From assembly GCA_965237675.1 (NCBI GenBank), contig OZ250150.1, positions 5,056,001 to 5,120,000 of the forward strand: 64,000 nucleotides of DNA. The letters are read 5' to 3'. Under the pieces are notes generated by a model. It searched no databases. It was not told the DNA's origin and saw only the letters and a program-made list of their open reading frames with translations. Source of the DNA: Candidatus Latescibacterota bacterium (GTDB taxonomy: Bacteria > Latescibacterota > UBA2968 > GCA-2709665). This document shows positions 37,046-45,885 of the stretch, in pieces (within the stretch, counting starts at the first letter, position 1; every line of letters starts with the position of its first letter). A program made the position numbers and the translations under genes.

Positions 37046-38542
37046 CTATCCGTATTCCGCGCGGATGACATCCCCTACCCGTAACGCATTGGCGGCGATG
37101 GTGAGGCTCGGATTCACCCCTCCAGATGTGGGCATAAAGCTGCCGTCGAGGACGAAGAGATTGTCAATACCTCGAAACCGGCAGAATTCATCGAGAACGC
37201 TGTCTCGGGCGTGGTCACCAAAACGAAGCGACCCCACGGCGTGGGAGAACGTCTCCAGTTTGTACACGCGGCGGAAGAGGCCGCCCCCCTGCTTCAGAAT
37301 TCGTCCGGCTCTTTCGGTCAGGTAATCCCTTCGGACGCGGTCTGCATCCGAGTATTGATGGACGACTCCGGTGACCGCGATTCCGTAATCGTCCTGGCGG
37401 GTGGTCAGACGCACACGATTTTCAAATTGGGGATCGTCTTCCGCGATGCAGAGCAGATTTTGAACGTAGTTCGCCACCAGTGCGGACAACTTACCGTATC
37501 CGAGGGGTGCGTAGTGCTTCAACACCTCCGGGGCGGGGGTGTAGATATCCTGAATCGTTCCCACTGCCGTGCCCAGTCGATCTCTCAGGTCTTCGTAGAA
37601 ATCCGTAAAGCACAACTGCTTGTGAAATACACGATCCGGATTGGTCCGGAATGGAAAGAGACCGGTGACCACTGCATTACAATGCCGCATCAAGAACCTG
37701 CCGACCAGGCGTTGGTTGCCGAGTCGCTCCAGCCCGGACCGCAACAGAATGGCGGGGCTCTGCAGGGCCCCGGCGCTGAGTATCACGATCTTGGCAGTGA
37801 AATCCACCGCCCGTTTTGAAGTCCCATCCAGACATCTGACCCGCATGACCCTCCCGCTCCGTGTTTCCAGTTGCAGTACGATCATCCCGGGCATGATATC
37901 CAGGTCGAATGCCTGAGCCTTTGCCAGAAGGGTCATAGCCACATCGTTTTTTGCTTCGATTCGGCATGGAAATCCATCGCAGGTCGAACATCGGATACAC
38001 GTGGGCCGATCCCTGTTTGTGAAATTCAGCGCCAGCGGTATCTTAAAGGGACGGTGCCCGAGTGCCCTCGCGGCTTCGTATATCCGCTTCGCCGGAGGCG
38101 TAAGTTCTATGCATTCGAACCGATAGGCCCCGGACCTCGGTGGCTCGTACATATCCTTGCCCGCCTGACCATGCACCTCCAGCAGATGCTCCGCCAGCGT
38201 ATAGTACGGCTCCATTGCCGCGTAATCAATCGGCCAATTCGAGAAATCCTTCTCGCGCAACCGGAGCGACGCCCCTCCATAAAAGACCGACATTCCACCG
38301 ACCGCTTCGTTCGGATAAACGGATTGAGGGGCCCGGTCACCCTCTACCACCACCGGCGAACGGCTTCTGTACCGTTGATCAATAAGGATCCCGCGCGGGC
38401 TCCAGTCCAGTGCATCCCGCTTCACCCACCCGCCTCGTTCGAGCAGAAGCGTCCGGAAACCCGCCCGGCTGAGCGCATACGCCGCGGCGCCGCCTCCAAG
38501 ACCGGACCCGATTACAATGGCTTCATAGGGCCGTGAGTTCAT
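37046..38542 (-). CDS. GMC family flavin oxidoreductase
   Basis: IGSGLGG, CIRCSTCDGFPC, SAGALQSPAILLRS, HAVGS, NPSLTIAANA. Confidence 0.9.
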   Translation of the reverse strand: MNSRPYEAIVIGSGLGGGAAAYALSRAGFRTLLLERGGWVKRDALDWSPRGILIDQRYRSRSPVVVEGDRAPQSVYPNEAVGGMSVFYGGASLRLREKDFSNWPIDYAAMEPYYTLAEHLLEVHGQAGKDMYEPPRSGAYRFECIELTPPAKRIYEAARALGHRPFKIPLALNFTNRDRPTCIRCSTCDGFPCRIEAKNDVAMTLLAKAQAFDLDIMPGMIVLQLETRSGRVMRVRCLDGTSKRAVDFTAKIVILSAGALQSPAILLRSGLERLGNQRLVGRFLMRHCNAVVTGLFPFRTNPDRVFHKQLCFTDFYEDLRDRLGTAVGTIQDIYTPAPEVLKHYAPLGYGKLSALVANYVQNLLCIAEDDPQFENRVRLTTRQDDYGIAVTGVVHQYSDADRVRRDYLTERAGRILKQGGGLFRRVYKLETFSHAVGSLRFGDHARDSVLDEFCRFRGIDNLFVLDGSFMPTSGGVNPSLTIAANALRVGDVIRAEYG

Positions 38543-39323
38543 AGACGTACAGAATTGTCAGACCAACAATTATGATCCACGCCATATAGTGGTATTTTTC
38601 GCGTGTCTCGATATAACGGGATATTCGCGGCAGGTCCGGTCTGAACTTGCCGGACATGGTGCGCTGCACGAAGGTCTTGTAATACTCGACCAGAAACCGC
38701 TCCAATCCACCGTTCATGAAAATCAGATAACCGAGCGGCACCGGTGAAAGCGGATCGTTCGAAAAGAAAAACAGTGGAGAACAAATGGCCAGCACCGTTG
38801 CGGACCGGAAAAACTTCAGGGGAGCGAATCCTTCAAAGGGAGCGTCCTTGTACGCCCCTCCGAGAGAAACCAGCAATCCCGTCGAAAAGGCGACCGCGGC
38901 GAATCCCGGGAAATCCTCGATCCGGACTGAAAGAAACAGCAGGGAAAAGACCCCCGACACCAGAACAACACCGGAGAAGAGTCGCAACGGTTCGCTGGTA
39001 ACCGGCCGGCCGAAAAACGTAATTCTGGACGGCACGGCGTATTTCGACTGATCCTCCGATCTGAAGAACCCCTTGTACAGCTCCGCGAGGAACCGTTCCA
39101 GGCCCATGATGGCAAAGAAGACCTGGAACAGGCTCAATTGGCGGAAACTTCCATGAAATAAGGGCAGCCAATAAAGCGCACAAAAAATAACGGCATGAAA
39201 ATAAACGCTGCGGGGAAAGGTGCGCCGCTTCAGGCCCTCAAAGGGAGAGTCCTTGAAAGCACCCCACAAAGAGGTGTATAGTCCTGAAATCAAACTGACG
39301 ACAAAAGAGAACCAAAAGTGCAT
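38523..39323 (-). CDS. Integral membrane protein of unknown function with two-fold internal duplication
   Basis: Several hydrophobic segments; GAFKDSPFEG/GAYKDAPFEG and GLERFLAELYK/GLERFLVEYYK repeated; overlaps the GMC gene. Confidence 0.8.
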   Translation of the reverse strand: MHFWFSFVVSLISGLYTSLWGAFKDSPFEGLKRRTFPRSVYFHAVIFCALYWLPLFHGSFRQLSLFQVFFAIMGLERFLAELYKGFFRSEDQSKYAVPSRITFFGRPVTSEPLRLFSGVVLVSGVFSLLFLSVRIEDFPGFAAVAFSTGLLVSLGGAYKDAPFEGFAPLKFFRSATVLAICSPLFFFSNDPLSPVPLGYLIFMNGGLERFLVEYYKTFVQRTMSGKFRPDLPRISRYIETREKYHYMAWIIIVGLTILYVYELTAL

Positions 39324-39511
39324 GTGTGGCCGCCCGGGTCGGTTCCTGCATGAATCAGAAACAATCGAAAATGATACATCCGCCTGTCTAACGGGTCAAG
39401 ATTTGGCCCGTTAGGACAAAAAAGACAGAACACGCGGCGGAGCGCATCTTCTGTCTTCGAAAAATAGAGTCTTCGATCAGCCCGGCGGGCGTCTAACAAC
39501 CGGGCGTCAAC

Positions 39512-41968
39512 CTACCTGGCCATGTCGGACGGCCGCGCGCTCTTTACTCTCGCCGCTCCCCGGTTCCGTTTCCATCGATCGAGGATCTCAAGCACCGCGG
39601 GCAATACCACAATGGCCGCGACAAAACAGGTCAGAAGGCCGATCACGGCCAGCTTGCCAATTGAGTTCAACCCGGGATGTCTGGCCGTAATCAAACCGAA
39701 AAAGCCGATCATCGTGGTCAGCATCGATACGAGCATCGCGCCGCCGGTATTCCTGAGGATCACAGGTATCGAATTCGCGCCTTCCTCCTGATACCGGTGG
39801 AACAGATGAACGCCGTTATCGATCCCCATACCGATAATGGTCGGCAGGGCAACCATGTTATAAAAGTTTAATTTCATTCCGGACACGAACATACTCCCAC
39901 ACATCCAGACTGCACCACACGTTAGAGGCAACATAACCAACAATCCGTTTCGGATACTTCGAAAATCAATAAAAACAATAAGAAACACGACGAGAAGCGT
40001 GATGCTTATCGCCCACTTGCTGTCCCGAATCATCAATTTCAGCATATCGGCGAAAATAACGCTGGAACTGGAGGAATAAATCGTCTTGCCGGAGTCGGTC
40101 GTTATCAAATGGGTGTCGTCCGCAAACTCGATGGCCTTTCGACCGTCCCGAAGTGGCACGCTGGGGTAGATGAACGCAAAGTACGCCCGGCTTCCGTCGA
40201 CGGTGGAGAATTTGCGCAGTATGATCCTCGGCAGGTCATCCACGTCCAGCCTTTTCACATCCATCAGCTTACGCAAATCGTCCACCCGCTCCATCTGCTC
40301 GCCCTTCAGCAGTTTCACACCTTCGCCGTCTACAAGCTCACGCAGTTCAGCGACGACCTCCAGCTTCTCCTCCTGTTGTTCGGGAAGGAAGGACCAGAGC
40401 GTCCTGATCTTGTCGATCGTTGGCGTCGGGTCATCCGCTGCAATCTTGGCGTTCAAGGCCGCGACAATTTCGTCCAGTTCTTCTTTGCTGTCGGCCAGAA
40501 CCACGCTCGGAGAATGGGACTCGCCCCTGAATTTCGAAAGCGTATTGATCTTGTCTTTCACTTTCTTGGATGTGGCAAGATTGGACCGCAAATTGGTAAA
40601 ATCGTATTCGAATTGTATTCGGTCGAGATTATAACCCAGATAGACCGTGACCGCGATAGCAACCACGAACACCGGCCACGCCAACGGAAACCTGCCCTTC
40701 CCACCGCCCCGGTCGTGCCCCAGTACATGCCGCATTCGAACAAGCTTCAGGCGCTCGTCAGCCAGAACCAGAAAGGCCGGCAGAACGATCGTCATCGACA
40801 CGAGCGACATAACGATCCCCGTACCCACAATGAAACCGAATTCGGAGAATCCCTTGAAATCCGTGATCGTCAGTGAATAGAACGCCATCGACGTGGTCAA
40901 TGCGGCCGTCAGGATGGCCTGCCCCGTCCGGATCAACATTGTCTCCACGGACCGCCTCACGTCCATGTTCGCCATGCGATCTTCCAGGTACCGTCCAAAC
41001 ATGTGAATACCGAAATCGATACCCAGACCGAACAGAATCACAAACAGGAATCCGGTCATCGTATTCAAGTTGCCAATGGTCCAATAGGTGATGGCGAAAG
41101 CCCACGTCAACCCCATAATGAGCGGGATGGCAACAAAAAAGACAGCCAGCGGCTGCCGAAAATAAAACGTGAGGAGCAAAACAACACCGACCACACCAAA
41201 TATCAACGTCGACTTGATGTCGCCGAGAATAACATTATATTCATCGATCTTGTTCTTGTACGATCCCCCGATCGAGATCAGCATTTCGGGATGATAAGAC
41301 CCTGGGTTCAGCTCTTGCACGGCGTTCTGAAGCATACCGTACATCTCTTTGCTGAAACCAATATTACTCACCGTTCCTGATGCCATAACCTCCACGGCAA
41401 CGATGGTGCTGTCCGGATTGGTATAATAGACTTCGTGGCCACGGTCACCGTCTTCTTTGTACTTCGCTTCAATATCCGAAAAGTCCAGCGCCTCTTCGTC
41501 GTCGTCCAGCCTGAAAAACAAAGGTGATAACTTCAGTTTCTCCTGGCGGATGCGATCGTCGATGCGAAGCTGAATTTCCTCCAGATCCTCCAGATCCATA
41601 TACAGCAGCGCGTTATCTTTGAAAAAATCGACATCCCGCTTGTAATCGACGTAATTTACGTATTTCCAATATTTTTCGGCCTTCAGTTCAACAACCAGAT
41701 CATCCACAAATCGCCTGGATAGCGAAAAATCATCACACTCGACCAGAACCACCATACTTCCCACGCCGCCAAGCCGGGCTTTGATATCTTCCAGCGTCTG
41801 TACGCTGGGGTAATGTTCCGGAATCAGGGAAGCGATATCCGTCTCAAGACGCTGGATCAGACGAAAGACAAAAAAACCGCAAAAAATGGACAGGAGAGCC
41901 GCAACGACAATTATACCGGCGTACCGTCGATAGACAAAGTCCGCCAGAAACCGCAACCATTCCTGCAT
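39512..41968 (-). CDS. MMPL/RND family lipid transporter (HpnN-like)
   Basis: Two repeats of TM plus large periplasmic loop plus TM cluster; GLGIDFGIH and GMGIDNGVH. Confidence 0.9.
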   Translation of the reverse strand: MQEWLRFLADFVYRRYAGIIVVAALLSIFCGFFVFRLIQRLETDIASLIPEHYPSVQTLEDIKARLGGVGSMVVLVECDDFSLSRRFVDDLVVELKAEKYWKYVNYVDYKRDVDFFKDNALLYMDLEDLEEIQLRIDDRIRQEKLKLSPLFFRLDDDEEALDFSDIEAKYKEDGDRGHEVYYTNPDSTIVAVEVMASGTVSNIGFSKEMYGMLQNAVQELNPGSYHPEMLISIGGSYKNKIDEYNVILGDIKSTLIFGVVGVVLLLTFYFRQPLAVFFVAIPLIMGLTWAFAITYWTIGNLNTMTGFLFVILFGLGIDFGIHMFGRYLEDRMANMDVRRSVETMLIRTGQAILTAALTTSMAFYSLTITDFKGFSEFGFIVGTGIVMSLVSMTIVLPAFLVLADERLKLVRMRHVLGHDRGGGKGRFPLAWPVFVVAIAVTVYLGYNLDRIQFEYDFTNLRSNLATSKKVKDKINTLSKFRGESHSPSVVLADSKEELDEIVAALNAKIAADDPTPTIDKIRTLWSFLPEQQEEKLEVVAELRELVDGEGVKLLKGEQMERVDDLRKLMDVKRLDVDDLPRIILRKFSTVDGSRAYFAFIYPSVPLRDGRKAIEFADDTHLITTDSGKTIYSSSSSVIFADMLKLMIRDSKWAISITLLVVFLIVFIDFRSIRNGLLVMLPLTCGAVWMCGSMFVSGMKLNFYNMVALPTIIGMGIDNGVHLFHRYQEEGANSIPVILRNTGGAMLVSMLTTMIGFFGLITARHPGLNSIGKLAVIGLLTCFVAAIVVLPAVLEILDRWKRNRGAARVKSARPSDMAR

Positions 41969-41972
41969 GAAA

Positions 41973-42596
41973 TCAGTCCTTCCCTTTCCCGTCGGCCTCG
42001 TCCTCGTTGAGCTTATCCCTCAGTTTCTTTACAAGACCCTCGTACGATGACTTGCGAATTTCCTTGTAGAATTGCGATCGATTGTTCCTGGCAACACTCA
42101 AATCGTCAATTACCATATCGTAAACCAGCCATTTTTCGTCGACCGGATGGAGTTTATAGTTAATGTTGCTCTGCTCATCCTTGTAATGCACGATGGTCCT
42201 CACGAGACCTTCCGTACTGTCGACCTTCGAACCCACATATTCAATTTTCCCGGATTTCGTATAGAGTTTCGGATCAGCGTAGTTTTTGACGATCAGACGA
42301 CGGCAGAGGTCCGCAAATTCAGACTGCTCGGCCTCGGTGCGCCGTTGCCAGTGACGGCCCAACGCAACCCTGCTGAAGCGGTGGAAATCGAACATTTCTT
42401 CGACAATCGTCTTCAGCTTCTCGCGTTCCTCGGCGGTCTCTCCCTCTGTTTCCGAATTCACGATTGCCTTTATTGACCTGTCCCGTGTCTTCATCATCTC
42501 AAGCAGCATTCCCGCGTGGTCTGCACTCCAGGCGGAGCCGTCCCCTCTAAACCCAACAAAAGCATAAAACACAATAATATATAACAATATTCTCAT
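41973..42596 (-). CDS. MlaC/Ttg2D (HpnM-like) periplasmic lipid-binding protein
   Basis: Signal peptide; FDFHRFSRVALGRHW, WLVYDMVIDDLSV..NRSQF. Confidence 0.88.
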   Translation of the reverse strand: MRILLYIIVFYAFVGFRGDGSAWSADHAGMLLEMMKTRDRSIKAIVNSETEGETAEEREKLKTIVEEMFDFHRFSRVALGRHWQRRTEAEQSEFADLCRRLIVKNYADPKLYTKSGKIEYVGSKVDSTEGLVRTIVHYKDEQSNINYKLHPVDEKWLVYDMVIDDLSVARNNRSQFYKEIRKSSYEGLVKKLRDKLNEDEADGKGKD

Positions 42597-42621
42597 TTTA
42601 GCCAGTTCCTTTTGCGGTCAG

Positions 42622-42664
42622 AAATAAAACGATCCGGCAGAAGGACACCTCCCCTGCCGGATCG
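42622..42664 (-). terminator. Intrinsic terminator/attenuator inside the lipid cluster
   Basis: 11-bp stem CGATCCGGCAG/CTGCCGGATCG followed on the minus strand by TTTTATTT. Confidence 0.7.
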
Positions 42665-42711
42665 ATACCCGTTCTATTCTTCCCATGATTTGCGTGCATC
42701 CATCTCCTCCT

Positions 42712-44151
42712 TCAATCCGCCTTACCTGAAACCAGCTTATCCGCTTCCGTCGTGCGGGTTCGCATAATATGTCCAATAAATCCGAAAACGGCGCTCACAA
42801 CCAGGCCGGAACCGAGCACAAAGATCCAGAAGATCGCCTCGAGGCTATTCAAAACCGCCAGAACACAGAACAAAGCCGCGAAGAAGTCTCGACGACACGC
42901 GAACTTCAGTCCACAATATATCCGGTGCAAACGTCCACGATGTTCTTCGGGAACCTCGCTGGAAAACCTCATGTTGAAGCTTACGATACTGCCCGAACCG
43001 CTCTGTTTCAGGTAAACGCAGATGAGCAAGACAGCCAGTACGTCCAGCGCAAGGGCAATGAATCCCAGGGCGATCACAACCGGCTCTCCGGTCAATTTGT
43101 ACATGCCGTAGATGACACCTGAGAAAAATGCCAGATAGGATACGTTGTCCGCCACCGTATCCAGCCATTCCCCAAGTCGCGATCCCACAAACTTGAGCTT
43201 GGCGATCTCCCCGTCGCAGCCGTCCGCAATTGAAGCAAACTGGAACAGCAGCCCGCCCAGCGCCACGTGAAAATAGCCTCCTTCCGCCATCGCCCAGCCC
43301 GCAAGAAAGGTTACCATCATTGCGGCAATCGAAATCTGATTGGGCGTCACCGGCGTTCTTACCAATAATCTGGAGATCCAGGTGGAGATCTTGCGGTTGA
43401 AATGGCGCGATACAACCCCATCGGTCGGCTTGCCCAACTGGCCGAACAACGCCTTCTCTCCCTGGTGCAAGGCTTCGGGTGTATCCACATCCTGCCAAAA
43501 CAGCCCATCGATTTCCACCGCCCGCATGTTTCCGTGAGAACCCAGGACGCGGACACCTCCTGAGAGCGTTTCGTCACCCTGGGCAACAGAACGCTCAAGT
43601 CCGTCAAATAACGCGGGGCTGGAGAGAAAAATACCGGTATCCACCGCGTCGTATTGGCCCAGCGCTTTTCCGATCTGTAGAATCCGGTCACCTTCCAGGA
43701 CGACTTTGGTGGCATCGTCCAGATCCTGAATCCGGTCCAGCCGGGTGTCAACGCACAACGCCGATTCACCGGTGCCCAGCAACAGACGCCGCATTCGGGT
43801 GATTACTTGGGGTTCAAACAGATGGTCTGCCATCAAGAGAAGAAATGGACCCTCCACAAAATCCCTGGCTTTCAGGACAGAGAGGCCGTTGCCACGCCGC
43901 CATTCCGGGTTTTCAACCCAATCTATGGGTACATCGATTTGCGGATCGTCTGCAATGGCCTCGCGTATTTCATCGCCTCGATAACCGATAACAATGGCAA
44001 ACTCGATGATCCCCGCTCGTTTCGCAGTCAATATGGCCCGCTTTAGCAACCCGACGCCGGCAACTTTAACCAACGGCTTTGGCTGCCCGCGTCCGTGCCC
44101 GTTTAAGCGGCTGCCCATACCGGCAGCAATAATCACTGCCTTATCTACCAT
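42712..44151 (-). CDS. Bifunctional NTP-transferase / CDP-alcohol phosphotransferase (IPCT/DIPPS-like)
   Basis: AAGMGSRL..KPL cytidylyltransferase domain; TPNQIS and DGCDGEIAK...GEWLDTVAD CDP-AP signature; RBS GGGAGG. Confidence 0.9.
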   Translation of the reverse strand: MVDKAVIIAAGMGSRLNGHGRGQPKPLVKVAGVGLLKRAILTAKRAGIIEFAIVIGYRGDEIREAIADDPQIDVPIDWVENPEWRRGNGLSVLKARDFVEGPFLLLMADHLFEPQVITRMRRLLLGTGESALCVDTRLDRIQDLDDATKVVLEGDRILQIGKALGQYDAVDTGIFLSSPALFDGLERSVAQGDETLSGGVRVLGSHGNMRAVEIDGLFWQDVDTPEALHQGEKALFGQLGKPTDGVVSRHFNRKISTWISRLLVRTPVTPNQISIAAMMVTFLAGWAMAEGGYFHVALGGLLFQFASIADGCDGEIAKLKFVGSRLGEWLDTVADNVSYLAFFSGVIYGMYKLTGEPVVIALGFIALALDVLAVLLICVYLKQSGSGSIVSFNMRFSSEVPEEHRGRLHRIYCGLKFACRRDFFAALFCVLAVLNSLEAIFWIFVLGSGLVVSAVFGFIGHIMRTRTTEADKLVSGKAD

Positions 44152-44164
44152 GACGCCCTCCCTG

Positions 44165-45544
44165 TTACTCCAGAATCGAATTCCCCGTCGCACGCCTCAA
44201 TGCCACCCAGGCCACATTGAACTCCAACACAGCCTGATAGTATTTGGCGCGGATAATTCCATACTCCTTGACCGCATCGACCATCTCCCCCGCCTCCTCC
44301 AACCCGGCATTGAATCCATCTCTCGCCGAAATAAACCACCGTCTTGTTGCCCGTCGGGCTTCTCGTGCCGCCCTGATATTGGCTTTCGCCTCTATGAGCG
44401 ACCGATAGGCCCGTTCGATTTCCAGCCGGGCACCCTGTACCGCCAGTTGCGCCTGGTAGCTGAGTTTTTTATAGGCCAGGCGGGCTTCTTTCACCCTAGC
44501 TGTCGTGTTCGCGAATGACAATGACTGCCGAAAGCCAAGGACGGCGCCCAACTCAGTAACATTAAACTCGTCTTTCAGGAATGGATTCCGCTGCCGGTCT
44601 CTGTTCGGCGCATAACCGTATCTAAACTGGCCGGCGAGAAATACCTGTGGAAACAAATCGGTTCGGATGGCACGCACCTGTGCAGACCGCACCCGCAACC
44701 CCTCCCGAAGTTGCCCCAGATCCGGTCGACCCTCCACCCGCGACAGATAATGTTCCAGTGGACGGATCTCGACGTCAACCGGTTTCAGACTCCCGTCGGC
44801 GAGAACAAGGGAGTCAGACTGAGAAAGCCCCAGGAGGATACGCAACGCCGACCGTGCGAGCGCCTGACTCTTCACGACCTTATTTGCATTCTCCTCCACG
44901 TCGAACACAAACCTGTCAATCCGGTGCAGATCGGTGTACGTAAAATCCCCAGTATCGGCTTCCAGCTTTTCGGCGATTGTTCGCCGTGCCCTGTCAATCT
45001 CCACCCGCGACTCATCCGCCAGGGCCCGAAGCTGATTTGCCAATAACAGCAGATAGTAGGCCCTGGCTACCTGCCGCTCCACGTCGATGCGGGATCGGGT
45101 CAGTCCGGCGCGCCCCGCACCGATGCCGCCGGATGCGGCTTCTACCGCCGCATCAAGTTTGCCGAAGGTGAAAAGTGGCTGAACCAGCGACAATTCGGTT
45201 CTCGTAAACACACTCATCTGCCGCCAATTGCTGACTCCCGTAATGGCGTCGCCCCGAGCCTCCGGCGAGGGTCCAAATATCCAGGTCAGATCCAAACGGG
45301 GAAGAAATCGCGCCGCATGTACCTGTCTAAGCCTATTCTCAGCGATCTCAAGATCCGCCTCGGCGGCGTGAATGGACGGACTCGACGCGAGTGCCATCCG
45401 TACGCACACGGCGAGATCGTATCGACCCTGTCCGGATTCGGAATAAGACGGACGGATACCGATCCCCATCACACAGATCAGGACAATTGAAACGGGAAGC
45501 CATACCCGCTGTGAATTTTTACCACATGTGTGGGAAAATTGCAA
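44165..45544 (-). CDS. TolC family outer-membrane efflux protein
   Basis: QPLFTFGK, VARAYY, RPDL, DLFPQV OEP repeats; start uncertain (TTG 45544 after GGAGG chosen). Confidence 0.85.
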   Translation of the reverse strand: MQFSHTCGKNSQRVWLPVSIVLICVMGIGIRPSYSESGQGRYDLAVCVRMALASSPSIHAAEADLEIAENRLRQVHAARFLPRLDLTWIFGPSPEARGDAITGVSNWRQMSVFTRTELSLVQPLFTFGKLDAAVEAASGGIGAGRAGLTRSRIDVERQVARAYYLLLLANQLRALADESRVEIDRARRTIAEKLEADTGDFTYTDLHRIDRFVFDVEENANKVVKSQALARSALRILLGLSQSDSLVLADGSLKPVDVEIRPLEHYLSRVEGRPDLGQLREGLRVRSAQVRAIRTDLFPQVFLAGQFRYGYAPNRDRQRNPFLKDEFNVTELGAVLGFRQSLSFANTTARVKEARLAYKKLSYQAQLAVQGARLEIERAYRSLIEAKANIRAAREARRATRRWFISARDGFNAGLEEAGEMVDAVKEYGIIRAKYYQAVLEFNVAWVALRRATGNSILE

Positions 45545-45717
45545 CGCCTCCTCCGTCAACCTCCCGGATATACGGCGTGTCAGTTTATGCACAAAAAGCA
45601 GAGAAATATTTGTATATATTAAAGATATTTTCATTAGACCGGCGTTTCTTCGATCTCAGAATCTGTATGATTGATAGCGAATGCCGTGCCATGAAACAGT
45701 GAACCTGCGACACATCT

Positions 45718-45885
45718 CTAGTGTTCTGTCCCGGAAATAGATCGCGTAAATTCGGCCGTCGAGTCGCCCGGCTCGTAAGGCGCCTGCGCAAGGCGACCTG
45801 GGCAAGGTCGGCGAGCAAAGGGAACGCAGCGAGACGTGATGAATCGGCGGAAGAATGGTGACATATTTCTGGGACGGGACACTAG
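45718..45885. mobile_element. MITE (inner CTAG family), full-length solo copy
   Basis: 168 bp bounded by CTAG at both ends; terminal inverted repeats CTAGTGTTCTGTCCCGGAAATA / CTAGTGTCCCGTCCCAGAAATA (19/22). Confidence 0.87.

Noticed and set aside
39512-42596. Hopanoid biosynthesis cluster (hpnN/hpnM)
   Set aside because: The families match, but no shc, hpnCDE or hpnH genes are in the window; TolC and IPCT/CDP-AP neighbours point elsewhere, though hopanoid cargo is not excluded
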